Below, piece after piece: positions 7,070 to 16,450 of a DNA stretch of 64,000 nucleotides. The stretch is taken from positions 1 to 64,000 of IMG/VR virus record IMGVR_UViG_3300029904_000005; one strand, 5' to 3'. The notes under the pieces were generated by a model that saw nothing but the letters and a program-made list of their open reading frames with translations, made no database searches and was not told the DNA's origin. Position 1 is the stretch's first letter, and each line of letters opens with the position of its first letter. The stretch comes from a virus. A program made the translations under genes and the position numbers.

Positions 7070-7610
7070 ATGGCAGAATTTATATATTTCAGGAATCAAT
7101 GTAGTATGTGGTATCCTACAGGAGAAAACTTCTCACATGCTTTTGGTTATATAGAAGAAGCTGCATTTTCCATTGATGATGTATTCCCAACAGGAAGATT
7201 TATCTTGGTGGTAAGAGGACACTCAGGCTCTATACTTGCAGGAGGAATAGCATACTTACTGAGAAGAAAAGGTAGAGATGTGCAAATATCCATATCAAGA
7301 AAATCAGAATCCACTCATGGTTACAATCTTGAAGGTATATACCCTTTTGATAAAACAGATGAGGTGCATATAATAGTTGTTGATGACTTTACTCAGACAG
7401 GTGAGACCATCAATGCAATACTTAGGGATTTGGCTGAAAAAAAAAATGTACGGGAGAAAAACATTTGACATGCTATGTATTGCTAATCATTGGGATGAAA
7501 GTAGTTTTACCAAAGAGGGAGGAGATGAGTATTGGGAGGCACATAAAGAAGTGGCCTCTCATTTTGAGTATATATTATGTAATTCGAAAATAAGAAAGAA
7601 AAAGAAATGA
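7070..7610 (+). pseudogene. type I phosphoribosyltransferase (PRTase) gene split by a frameshift at an A10 homopolymer (7437-7446)
   Basis: ORF 7070..7468 carries the PRPP-binding motif IIVVDDFTQTGETI. ORF 7377..7610 continues in another frame. Removing one A from the A10 run fuses them into one ~180-aa product, a typical PRTase length. Confidence 0.5.
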
Positions 7611-7780
7611 AAGTATTAGTGATATTACTGTTACTGCTTCTCTTCTTCCTATGGGTATATATCAGATATGACCCTAAGTTGGATAGAATAAGGAATAAAG
7701 ACAACTCATATGTCATATTATGGTATAATAGCTATTGTTGGGGTAGAGAAACAGAAAGAAAATATGTAATTCTATTTTAG
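7607..7780 (+). CDS. small membrane protein (57 aa)
   Basis: ATG overlaps the upstream stop. N-terminal sequence KVLVILLLLLLFFLWVYI is a TM helix. Below the ORF-track cutoff. Confidence 0.4.
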   Translation: MKVLVILLLLLLFFLWVYIRYDPKLDRIRNKDNSYVILWYNSYCWGRETERKYVILF

Positions 7781-7781
7781 T

Positions 7782-7982
7782 ATGAAAACAGGCACAATTG
7801 TGAAAATAGTATTGTGGTTTATACTGTTTATTGCCCTGCTTAGTGTGGGACTGGAGATGGTATCAAACCCAAATACAATGGAGAATGTGATTGGATTCTT
7901 TATTGTGGCAGCTATAGTAATTATTTCAATCAAAACAAAGTGTTTAACAACAATTAAATTCAAAAGAAAACATGAAGAGTAA
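7782..7982 (+). CDS. small membrane protein (66 aa, 2 TM)
   Basis: Hydrophobic helices. Preferred over the antisense ORF 7772..7963. Confidence 0.5.
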   Translation: MKTGTIVKIVLWFILFIALLSVGLEMVSNPNTMENVIGFFIVAAIVIISIKTKCLTTIKFKRKHEE

Positions 7983-8796
7983 AATTATTGTATTTGTAAT
8001 GGCTCTTATGGCTGTAATCAGCCTGAGTAGCTGTAGAGAAAGAATTGATGCAGGATATGAGGGCATCAAGGTGAACCTTTATGGTTCAGACAAAGGTGTG
8101 GATGAAGTATCACTGGTGACTGGTACTGTGTGGTACAATCCTATCACCACTAAAATCTATGAGTATCCTACATTCGTGCAGACTGTGGATTATGCTCCTT
8201 TCAGTATTAATGCAAAGGATGGCAGCTCATTCACAGTAGACCCTACCATCTCTCTGAAGATTGTAGATGGAAAGTCAGCTGAGGTATTCAAGAAATATAG
8301 GAAAGAGGATATTACTGAAGTTATTAATACAACTCTATACAATTATGTAAGGAATGCTTTCAGAATCCAGCTGAATAATTACACTACTGATGAATTGGTA
8401 AGTAAGAGGGAAGAGTTTGAGAAAGCCATTGAGGACAGGCTGGCTGAGGAATTGTTTGCTGAAAATTTCCAGTTGGAGCAGATGACCTCAGGCTTGCAGT
8501 ATCCTCAGACTCTTGTGAATGCCATTGATGCAAAGAATGCAGCAGTTCAGGAGGCACAGAAAGCACAGAATGAGGTATTGAAGATTAAGGCTGAGGCTGA
8601 GAAGAAGATTGCAGCAGCAAATGGTGAGGCACAGGCTCTGAAAATCAAGGGTGATGCAGAAGCAGAATACAATAGAAAGATTGCTGCATCCCTATCTCCC
8701 CTAATTGTACAGCAGATGATGCTTGAGAAGTGGGATGGTAAACTACCTATATATGGTACAGTTCCCACATTATTCAGAAATGTAGCAGAGAAATAA
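7972..8796 (+). CDS. SPFH/band-7 (prohibitin-like) domain lipoprotein
   Basis: Lipoprotein signal MKSKIIVFVMALMAVISLSSC. SPFH-like core, then an Ala/Glu/Lys-rich coiled-coil (EAQKAQNEVLKIKAEAEKKIAAANGEAQALKIKGDAEAEY). Confidence 0.65.
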   Translation: MKSKIIVFVMALMAVISLSSCRERIDAGYEGIKVNLYGSDKGVDEVSLVTGTVWYNPITTKIYEYPTFVQTVDYAPFSINAKDGSSFTVDPTISLKIVDGKSAEVFKKYRKEDITEVINTTLYNYVRNAFRIQLNNYTTDELVSKREEFEKAIEDRLAEELFAENFQLEQMTSGLQYPQTLVNAIDAKNAAVQEAQKAQNEVLKIKAEAEKKIAAANGEAQALKIKGDAEAEYNRKIAASLSPLIVQQMMLEKWDGKLPIYGTVPTLFRNVAEK

Positions 8797-8804
8797 TTAT
8801 AGTT

Positions 8805-8945
8805 ATGTGGTGGATTATTATAGCTGTCATATTTATTGCCTTTACTACCTGCATACTCAAAGATACCCATGTGAAAAAATACAATAGGACTCGGTATAAT
8901 TATTACACACTGGATGAGGAGTATGACCTTAAACTGCCTTTATAG
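8805..8945 (+). CDS. small membrane protein (46 aa)
   Basis: N-terminal MWWIIIAVIFIAFTTCIL is a TM helix. Lies between the SPFH gene and the next membrane ORF. Confidence 0.35.
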   Translation: MWWIIIAVIFIAFTTCILKDTHVKKYNRTRYNYYTLDEEYDLKLPL

Positions 8946-8951
8946 GCATGG

Positions 8952-9158
8952 ATGATTATAGCAGGTTCGTACTTTTTACCTATTATGAATATTGTGGCAT
9001 TTGTAGCTTTCCTTATTTATTACATTTATCATGCAGGACTGGACCCTAAAACCGTAGATAATGGTAATGAGGAAAACTATGCCTTCTCACTGAATGGGAA
9101 TAATTGGGTAACTAAGGGACTTTTGGCAATAAAGAAAGTATTAAACAAGAAGATATGA
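8952..9158 (+). CDS. small membrane protein (68 aa)
   Basis: Hydrophobic N-terminus. Its stop overlaps the helicase start (ATGA). Confidence 0.55.
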   Translation: MIIAGSYFLPIMNIVAFVAFLIYYIYHAGLDPKTVDNGNEENYAFSLNGNNWVTKGLLAIKKVLNKKI

Positions 9159-10369
9159 CAAGAGAAGAACTACAGATACAGTCCCTATCACTAATTAAAC
9201 AAAGTAATAGAGTTGCATTACAATGGTGTACAGGATTAGGTAAGAGCAAAATGGCTATTGATATGGCTAATTATCTGGCAGATAAGGAGTTTAAGGTAAA
9301 CTCAGAACCTCTCAATGTATTACTTGTAGTAGCAGAGACTGCACATAAGTCCAATTGGAAAGAGGAGATTGACAAATGGGAGTTAAGAACAGGAGAATGG
9401 GTAATGGAGTGTTATGCCTCACTGAAGAAGTACAGGAATACTCATTGGGATTTGATTATCTTTGATGAGGCCCACCATCTTGGCTCTGATTTGAGAATGG
9501 ATGTGCTGGCTGAGCTTCATGCAAGCAACATCATTCTATTATCTGCTACTCTTCCTGACCAAGTAATGCAGGCTGTAACTGGAGTTTTTGGGGAATTTGT
9601 TACTTCAAAGGTTACTCTCAAGCAGGCTATAGAATGGGGAATATTACCAACTCCTAAAGTATATCTTATTCCATTAACTCTTGATAGTACATACCCTAAT
9701 TGTACAATCATAGAGGAGTGGGGTAAAAAGGAAAAGAGAGTCACTTACAAATGCAGGTTCCATGAAAGATGGGAGTACTTGAAGAATAAGAACAAGTACC
9801 CTAATGTGACACTGGAAATTTCCTGTACACAACAACAGAAGTATGATTATCTATCTGCCCAGTTTGATTATTGGAAGAATAGATTTCTCTCAACAAGAAA
9901 TGAAGCTGTGAAAAATAAGTGGCTACAGATAGGCTCAAAAAGAAAAAGATTTCTTGGAGAATCAAAGACAGCAGTTGTAAGGCAGCTATTAAAGGACCTC
10001 GAAGGTAAAAGATATATATGTTTTTGTGCTAGTATAGAACAGGCTGAATCTCTTGGAGGGACTAATACCATACATTCAAAGAAAGATAATTCACTTGAGA
10101 TTATTGACAAGTTCAATGCAGGGGATATTAATAGTCTGTTTGCTGTAGGAATGCTTCAGGAAGGACAGAATCTCACAGGAATACAGGCAGGGGTAATTAT
10201 ACAGCTTGATGGTCAGGAGAGAGGATTTATACAGAAAATGGGTAGGAGTATGAGGTCAGATACTCCTATACAATATGTGTTATATTACAGAGATACAAGA
10301 GATGAGGAATATCTTGACTCTGTATTTGAGAATATTGATAAAGATTATATAGCTATTATGGAGAAATGA
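9155..10369 (+). CDS. superfamily II DNA helicase (DEAH box)
   Basis: Walker A CTGLGKSK. Walker B/DEAH IIFDEAHH. C-terminal helicase domain motifs. Confidence 0.8.
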   Translation: MTREELQIQSLSLIKQSNRVALQWCTGLGKSKMAIDMANYLADKEFKVNSEPLNVLLVVAETAHKSNWKEEIDKWELRTGEWVMECYASLKKYRNTHWDLIIFDEAHHLGSDLRMDVLAELHASNIILLSATLPDQVMQAVTGVFGEFVTSKVTLKQAIEWGILPTPKVYLIPLTLDSTYPNCTIIEEWGKKEKRVTYKCRFHERWEYLKNKNKYPNVTLEISCTQQQKYDYLSAQFDYWKNRFLSTRNEAVKNKWLQIGSKRKRFLGESKTAVVRQLLKDLEGKRYICFCASIEQAESLGGTNTIHSKKDNSLEIIDKFNAGDINSLFAVGMLQEGQNLTGIQAGVIIQLDGQERGFIQKMGRSMRSDTPIQYVLYYRDTRDEEYLDSVFENIDKDYIAIMEK

Positions 10370-10938
10370 AACTTATAATAGATGATAAACTATTAGAGAG
10401 ATATGGAGTAAGTCTGGAAGAGTTTTTATATCTCATGCTACTGGATTTAGACAGCTCAACTGAGATTATAGATACTCTTGAGAAAAAGGGATGGCTTGTC
10501 AAGGGACATCTTACAGAGATATCAAGACAGAGATTAGCAGCTGCTCTTAACAAAACTAAGGAAGAACCATCAACTGACAGCAGAATAGATAATCTTGTTG
10601 AAAGACTGATGAACATATTTCCTAAAGGAAAAAAGGAAGGAACAGCTTATTATTGGAGAGGCAACAGAAAGGAAATTAAAGACAAACTTCTTAAGTTCTT
10701 TGTATACTTTGGTGATACCTATACTGATGGCCAGATAGCCAATGCAGCTCAAAAATATGTAGATTCCTTTAATGGAAATTATACATATATGAGATTATTA
10801 AAGTACTTTATCTGGAAGAATGACAAGAAGGCTACTCCTGAGGGACTGGCAGTTGAACAGGTATCTGAGTTAGCTTCTTATATAGAAAATGAAGGGCAGG
10901 AGGACCATGATAATGACTGGAGCACACAACTTATCTGA
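10366..10938 (+). CDS. hypothetical protein (190 aa)
   Basis: ORF track entry; overlapping start and stop with the upstream gene. Confidence 0.75.
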   Translation: MKLIIDDKLLERYGVSLEEFLYLMLLDLDSSTEIIDTLEKKGWLVKGHLTEISRQRLAAALNKTKEEPSTDSRIDNLVERLMNIFPKGKKEGTAYYWRGNRKEIKDKLLKFFVYFGDTYTDGQIANAAQKYVDSFNGNYTYMRLLKYFIWKNDKKATPEGLAVEQVSELASYIENEGQEDHDNDWSTQLI

Positions 10939-12100
10939 ATTGTCCATTAAGGATAGAGTTAAAGCAAGGATAATTGAGAGAAGGGATAGATTAAGTCATA
11001 ATAGAATTAATTCTATTCCCTCTCCTTTTGTCAGATTCAAGAGTGAGTTTCTTGGAGTAGAACAGGGAAAGATGTATTTAATTTCATCCTTTACTAAAGG
11101 TGCTAAGACCCAATTCTCTACATTTATGTTTGTAATAAATGTGTTGATGTATGCCTATAATCATCCTGATAAGATAAGAGTAAGATGGTTTATGTATCTA
11201 CTTGAAGAGACAAAGGAGGATATGATGGCAAGAATCATGTGTCATCTTATATATCATTTGTCAGGAAAAAAGATTGAGGTATCTCCTACTGCACTTATGT
11301 CAAGCGACAATATTCCTGTACCACAGGCAGCACTTGATGTAATGGAATCTCAAGAGTTTAATAGTATAATTGACTTCTTTGAGTCCCATACTGAGTTTTC
11401 TGATAGTACAAACCCTACAGGAGTGTATAATGAATGTCTGTCTTATGCCAAAGCTTATGGTACAATTCATACAAAGAAGAAAAAGTATAGAGATGATAAT
11501 GGTGTAGAGCATGAAATTGACGGTTTTGACTTTTATGAGCCTGATGATGAGGATGAGTACAGGATAATACTAGTAGACCATGTATCCCTACTCTCTCAAG
11601 AAAGAGGCTTTACACTTAAACAAAGTATTGATAAACTGGGAGAATATTGTATTATACTGAGAGACAGATATAAGTTTACTCCTGTACTTATACAGCAGCA
11701 GAATACTGACCAGGAATCCAATGATGCTTTCAAGATGCAGAGACTAAGGCCTACTGTAGCAGGCTTAGCTGACTCTAAGTATACAGCGAGAAATACTACT
11801 GTGTTCCTTGGATTATTTTCTCCTATAAAGTTTGAACTCAACAACTATAAAGGATATAACATTGAGATATTTAGAGACAATATCAGATTTCTTGAAGTTG
11901 TACTGAACAGAGGAGGCAGGCAAGGAGGTATAGTAGCATTATATTTCAATGGTTGTACATGCGACTTTGTTGAGCTCCCTAAACCTGATAACAGAGTAGA
12001 GATGGATAAGTGGTATAGTTGGCTAAAGGCAAAGGATAAAGCAGGCAAGGCTTTCTTTACCTTTGGAATAAGAAAAATGATTAGCAGGTTGCACAGGTAG
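10889..12100 (+). CDS. RecA-fold replicative helicase-like protein (DnaB/T7 gp4-like)
   Basis: Walker B-like IILVDHVSLLSQ and QQQN resemble DnaB-family helicase motifs. The true start may be the ATG at 10907 or 10913, which reduces the 50-nt overlap. Confidence 0.5.
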   Translation: MKGRRTMIMTGAHNLSELSIKDRVKARIIERRDRLSHNRINSIPSPFVRFKSEFLGVEQGKMYLISSFTKGAKTQFSTFMFVINVLMYAYNHPDKIRVRWFMYLLEETKEDMMARIMCHLIYHLSGKKIEVSPTALMSSDNIPVPQAALDVMESQEFNSIIDFFESHTEFSDSTNPTGVYNECLSYAKAYGTIHTKKKKYRDDNGVEHEIDGFDFYEPDDEDEYRIILVDHVSLLSQERGFTLKQSIDKLGEYCIILRDRYKFTPVLIQQQNTDQESNDAFKMQRLRPTVAGLADSKYTARNTTVFLGLFSPIKFELNNYKGYNIEIFRDNIRFLEVVLNRGGRQGGIVALYFNGCTCDFVELPKPDNRVEMDKWYSWLKAKDKAGKAFFTFGIRKMISRLHR

Positions 12101-12111
12101 AGAATATTTCA

Positions 12112-12119
12112 TAAGTTTG
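12112..12119 (+). promoter_or_regulatory. Bacteroidetes-type -7 box (TAagTTTG)
   Basis: Match to TAnnTTTG, 46 nt upstream of the ATG at 12166. Confidence 0.3.
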
Positions 12120-12165
12120 CAGCCTTTTCCAAGCAAAAGTAACATTTAACATTACAAGTGAAACA

Positions 12166-12870
12166 ATGGCAAAAATTGTAGCAATTTTAGGTTCATCAGG
12201 AGATGGAAAGACTACTTCTACTATCATAAATCCTGATGGAAGTTTTGACCTTGAAAATTATCAAGGTATGAGTCCTGAGTCTCATTTTATTCTTAATTTG
12301 GATAGGAAGACACTTCCATTTCCAGCAGGAATGTGGTGTACTGAAAGGAAGAATTATTATGAGCCTAAGGATTTTAAGGAAATCAGAATGATGATTGAAT
12401 GGTGTGCTAAGCAACAGAACATCAAGTCTATATCCATAGACACTGTAAATATTTATCTTGCTATGAAAGAGTTTAATGATAGGAAGAAAATGACCTATGA
12501 CCAGTGGAAGGATGTGGCTAATGATGTTATAGAGCTTAATATGCTGTGTAATACTACTCTCAGAGAGGACCAGATAGTTTATATCATGGGGCACACAATG
12601 CTTCAGACTCAAGCTGATGGCAGTGAGAAAACAGTATTTAGTGTAATAGGTAAGAAATTGACTAAAACACAGCCTGAAGGCTTCTATCCTATGGTCCTTA
12701 TGACAAGAGTTGAATATGGGGATAATGGTGATAATAAGTATTATTTCCAGACTAGAGCCAATCATTCATCTGCCAAGACCCCTTTGGGGATGTTTGATAA
12801 ATTTGAGATTCCTAATAGTCTCAAACTTGTTGATGATACCATAAGAAACTATTATAAGATGAATGGATAG
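12166..12870 (+). CDS. P-loop NTPase (RecA-like/AAA_24-like)
   Basis: Walker A AILGSSGDGKTT at the N-terminus. Size about 230 aa. Confidence 0.6.
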   Translation: MAKIVAILGSSGDGKTTSTIINPDGSFDLENYQGMSPESHFILNLDRKTLPFPAGMWCTERKNYYEPKDFKEIRMMIEWCAKQQNIKSISIDTVNIYLAMKEFNDRKKMTYDQWKDVANDVIELNMLCNTTLREDQIVYIMGHTMLQTQADGSEKTVFSVIGKKLTKTQPEGFYPMVLMTRVEYGDNGDNKYYFQTRANHSSAKTPLGMFDKFEIPNSLKLVDDTIRNYYKMNG

Positions 12871-13150
12871 GGAAGAGACTTTAAGACTGTCAAGATTAGT
12901 TGCTTTTGGTGGATTATCTTTGACTGATTTTTTTAAAGTAATTACAGAATACTGCCTTGAGAAAGGTAAAAGAGACAGTGATATTGCAATACTTAGAGAA
13001 TACTTAGCAAAGGATATTTTTGCATTACACTCCTGTATGACTCAGGCACTGGAATACTTTGAGAAGAAATTTACCATATGCAAGGTATGGAGTGCTCCCA
13101 ATCCATTAAGTAATCAAGGACAAGAAAGAAAAGTAATATTAATCTTTTAA
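12863..13150 (+). CDS. hypothetical protein (95 aa)
   Basis: ORF track entry; overlapping start with the upstream gene. Confidence 0.6.
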   Translation: MDREETLRLSRLVAFGGLSLTDFFKVITEYCLEKGKRDSDIAILREYLAKDIFALHSCMTQALEYFEKKFTICKVWSAPNPLSNQGQERKVILIF

Positions 13151-13162
13151 TTAAAAGAAAAC

Positions 13163-13651
13163 ATGAATACAAAAGTTTTAACAGTAAGACAGTTCGCCGC
13201 CATTAAGAGGGTGGCACAGAATGTAAACCCTTTGGTAGTAAAAAAGAATAAGATTGCTGCCAAGATTAATGAGTTGAATGAGGAATATAATGCCCTCTGT
13301 AATGAGATTATAGGTCATGAGATGGGCATTAAGAATCTGACAGGAGGTCTGACCAGTGAGGACCTTATCACTAAGAGAGTTGAGGACACTGGTAAGGTAG
13401 ATAAGGATGGCAGACCTATCAAAACTACCAAGTATGAGCCTAAAGAGGGAATATTAACCTTCAATGAGGAGAATAATGTGTATGAGATTCATATAGAGGA
13501 AACTCCTGTACCTGAGGCTGTAGACCCTGAGTCTGTTGATGACACTGAGAAAGCTCCTGAGGTAGAAGTGAAAACTGGTGAAGAAGCTCCTATCAGTCCT
13601 GTTGCAGAGTTTACTGAAGAAGACAAGAAAGACATTCCTTTCATGCAATAG
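13163..13651 (+). CDS. hypothetical protein (162 aa), acidic C-terminal half
   Basis: ORF track entry. Preferred over the antisense ORF 13454..13648. Confidence 0.7.
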   Translation: MNTKVLTVRQFAAIKRVAQNVNPLVVKKNKIAAKINELNEEYNALCNEIIGHEMGIKNLTGGLTSEDLITKRVEDTGKVDKDGRPIKTTKYEPKEGILTFNEENNVYEIHIEETPVPEAVDPESVDDTEKAPEVEVKTGEEAPISPVAEFTEEDKKDIPFMQ

Positions 13652-13705
13652 TTAAATAACATATGGTTTTAAATGGAAATATAAACAATAAATAACTAAA
13701 TAAAT

Positions 13706-14647
13706 ATGAAAAGTAATAAATTATTTTTTGCATTTGCCACTGGTAAAGAATCTACAGAGGGTAATGTGGTAAAAAGATATATTGGAGTAGCTCCTGTGTT
13801 TGTTCTGGCAGTAAATCCCTCTAAGGCAGAGCTTGAGAAACTGTATGACACAGAGCTTGAGAATGCTCCTGAGTATATAGGTGAGACTGAGATTGGTCAG
13901 GAAGGTGCCAAGATGAAGGTACCTCAGGTGAGACTTGATTTCATTGTACAGACTGACCCTGACAAGTCTAATGGTATTGACATGAAGACTAAAGTGTCTT
14001 TCTTCCTTGCTAAGGAGGTAAGGTATAATAGGGATGGTAGTAAGGTACAGGTAATCAACAAGTATGGTGAGACTACATGGCTTCCTGTTGAGGATGCCAA
14101 GGCAGGTAGAGTGCCTGAGAGTCTCAGTTGGTTTGAGCCTGCTGATTTCAGGCCTGCATTTATTGGTGAGGAGGAACTCACTGGCTTTATCAAGGCTTAT
14201 CTGAACATCCCTAACAAATCTTACAGAAAGAAGAATGGTGAGGTGGTTGAGATAAAGGATAAGTCTGAGGCAGAGGCAAGACTTGATAAGATTCAGGACT
14301 ACTTCAAGGGAGATTTCTCTGAGTTGAGAAATGTGATTGCACTTCAGCCTAAGAATAAGGTTAAGTGTATGTTCGGTGTAAGGACTACTGATGATAACAA
14401 GCAGTATCAGGCTGTTTATACTCAGAAGTTCCTGAAGAACAATATCACTGATTACAGTAAGCTGGATGAGGAATTGCAGGAGAGGAAGGCTGCTGGTGCT
14501 TATCCTACTACAGAGTTCAGTGTATGTGATTTGAAGGAGTACACAGTGGAGTCTACTGACTTTAGTGGAGGCAGTGAGGATAGTGGTGATATGCCATTTG
14601 ATACTGCACCAAGTGCAGGTGCTCCCTCTCCTTGGTTCGGTAAATAG
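13706..14647 (+). CDS. hypothetical protein; possible ssDNA-binding protein
   Basis: Acidic C-terminal tail DSGDMPFD...PWF resembles SSB C-terminal tips (DDDIPF). Weak support. Confidence 0.35.
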   Translation: MKSNKLFFAFATGKESTEGNVVKRYIGVAPVFVLAVNPSKAELEKLYDTELENAPEYIGETEIGQEGAKMKVPQVRLDFIVQTDPDKSNGIDMKTKVSFFLAKEVRYNRDGSKVQVINKYGETTWLPVEDAKAGRVPESLSWFEPADFRPAFIGEEELTGFIKAYLNIPNKSYRKKNGEVVEIKDKSEAEARLDKIQDYFKGDFSELRNVIALQPKNKVKCMFGVRTTDDNKQYQAVYTQKFLKNNITDYSKLDEELQERKAAGAYPTTEFSVCDLKEYTVESTDFSGGSEDSGDMPFDTAPSAGAPSPWFGK

Positions 14648-14669
14648 TAAAAATTATTGAACATAAGAT

Positions 14670-15674
14670 ATGGCATTCAGTTTTGGTAAAAGTTCTGTGA
14701 ATCTTGAGGATATTCTGAGTAGAGTGACAGAAGCAGATATTCTATCTTACTACTTGGGTATTACAGAGGTTCCTTGTATAATTCACTCTCCTCTGAGAGA
14801 GGACAAAAGACCATCATTTGGCTTATATTCCATTGATGGTAAGAGAATATTCTATACTGACCTGTCCACAAGAGACAGAGGAGGTTTATTTGACCTGCTT
14901 GGTCATATGTGGAATTGCAGTTATGTAAAAGTTCTTGAAAGAATTAATGAGGATATACCCAAATTTGAGATGAGTTCCAATATCAAATCATATACTCCTT
15001 GTAATGTAAAGACTGCAAGTAGTTACAGCAAGTCTGTAGACCTTCAGTGTAAGGTCAGGGAATGGAGGAAGTATGATATTGAGTATTGGGAGTCTTATGG
15101 AATAACTCTAAATTGGCTCAAGTATGCAGAAGTTTACCCCATATCACATAAGATTGTTATAAAAGATGGTCATAAATATGTGTTTGGTGCTGACAGATAT
15201 GCCTATGCTTATGTAGAACACAAGGAGGGTAAAGTTACTCTCAAGATTTATCAACCTTTCAATAAGGATGGTTATAAGTGGAGTAACAAACATGACACAT
15301 CAGTAATAAGCCTATGGACAAAAGTACCTCAATATGGGGAGAGAATATGTATCTGTTCTTCCCTTAAAGATGCCCTTTGTCTGTGGGCTAATACTGGTAT
15401 TCCTGCTTTGGCTATCCAAGGTGAGGGGTACAGAATGAGTGATACTGCCATTAGTGAACTCAAAAGAAGATACAAACAGGTATTTATCTTATTTGATAAT
15501 GATGAAGCTGGCCTTATTGATGGTAGAAAGCTTTCAGAATCAACTGGGTTCACTAATGTAGTATTACCTAAATTTGAAGGAGGGAAGGATATTTCAGACC
15601 TATATCACTCTCTTCAAGACAAAGAAAAATTCAAAGAAATCATGATAGGTCTGTTTATTAACAAAAGTATCTAA
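14670..15674 (+). CDS. DnaG-type DNA primase (zinc-binding plus Toprim domains)
   Basis: Zinc ribbon CIIHSPLREDKRPSF. Toprim segment ICSSLKDALC...ILFDNDEAG. Confidence 0.75.
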   Translation: MAFSFGKSSVNLEDILSRVTEADILSYYLGITEVPCIIHSPLREDKRPSFGLYSIDGKRIFYTDLSTRDRGGLFDLLGHMWNCSYVKVLERINEDIPKFEMSSNIKSYTPCNVKTASSYSKSVDLQCKVREWRKYDIEYWESYGITLNWLKYAEVYPISHKIVIKDGHKYVFGADRYAYAYVEHKEGKVTLKIYQPFNKDGYKWSNKHDTSVISLWTKVPQYGERICICSSLKDALCLWANTGIPALAIQGEGYRMSDTAISELKRRYKQVFILFDNDEAGLIDGRKLSESTGFTNVVLPKFEGGKDISDLYHSLQDKEKFKEIMIGLFINKSI

Positions 15675-15692
15675 CATAAAGAGAATAATACA

Positions 15693-16385
15693 ATGGAAGC
15701 AAGAAAAATTACAGTGGTTTCTACGAGAAACCAGAAGAAGAGTGTAATCATGTCAGCAGCTACTACTCTGGCTGAACTGAAAGCTGACTTGAGACAGAAT
15801 GGTATTGACTATGATGGTATGACCTTCTATGAGGGTGTTTCCAAGATAGAATTGAAGGATGATGCCTCAGTTCTTCCTCATGATATACCCTACAAGGGAC
15901 AGACCACCAATGAGCTGGTATTCATGCTGACCAACACCAACAAGAAAATCAAGAGTGGTGCTGGTATGAGCAGAGCAGATGCCTATGCTGCAATCAAAGC
16001 AAATGGCTTACAGGAAGAGTGTGTAAAGAGATTTGGCAAGAACTTCACCATGTGCAAGACTGCTGACCTCATTGCACTTGTAAATGAGAAGTCTACATCA
16101 AAGCCTGCACCTGTAAAGGAAGAGAAAGTGGCTAAGCCTAAGAAGGAAGAGCCTGATACTCAGACTGATGCTGCTGAGGTTGTAGATACCAAGGCAAGGG
16201 CTGCAATTTCTGAACTGCTTACTATCCTCACAGACAATGGAGTTATCTGTGATGATGAGGTAGAGGAAATTAAAGACATTCTTGGTGGTAAGGTTGAGGC
16301 AGCTGTCTCTGAGGATTACAAGCCTTCTTCTGCATCTCCTTACTCTGATGATGAAATTGACAGAATGTTCGACTTTACAAGATAG
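15693..16385 (+). CDS. hypothetical protein (230 aa)
   Basis: ORF track entry; no recognisable motif. Confidence 0.75.
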   Translation: MEARKITVVSTRNQKKSVIMSAATTLAELKADLRQNGIDYDGMTFYEGVSKIELKDDASVLPHDIPYKGQTTNELVFMLTNTNKKIKSGAGMSRADAYAAIKANGLQEECVKRFGKNFTMCKTADLIALVNEKSTSKPAPVKEEKVAKPKKEEPDTQTDAAEVVDTKARAAISELLTILTDNGVICDDEVEEIKDILGGKVEAAVSEDYKPSSASPYSDDEIDRMFDFTR

Positions 16386-16404
16386 TAAAGTTGGTGTCTA
16401 ACTA

Positions 16405-16443
16405 AAGGTGGGTGGATAGAAATGTCCCCCACCTATTTTTTTT
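16405..16443 (+). terminator. rho-independent terminator
   Basis: aggtggg-loop-cccacct stem, followed by a T9 run. Confidence 0.6.
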
Positions 16444-16450
16444 ACTCTAT

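Noticed and set aside
12196-12765. 189-aa minus-strand ORF inside the P-loop ATPase gene
   Set aside because: Antisense shadow of a gene with a clear Walker A motif. Ile/Leu/Ser-rich junk composition.
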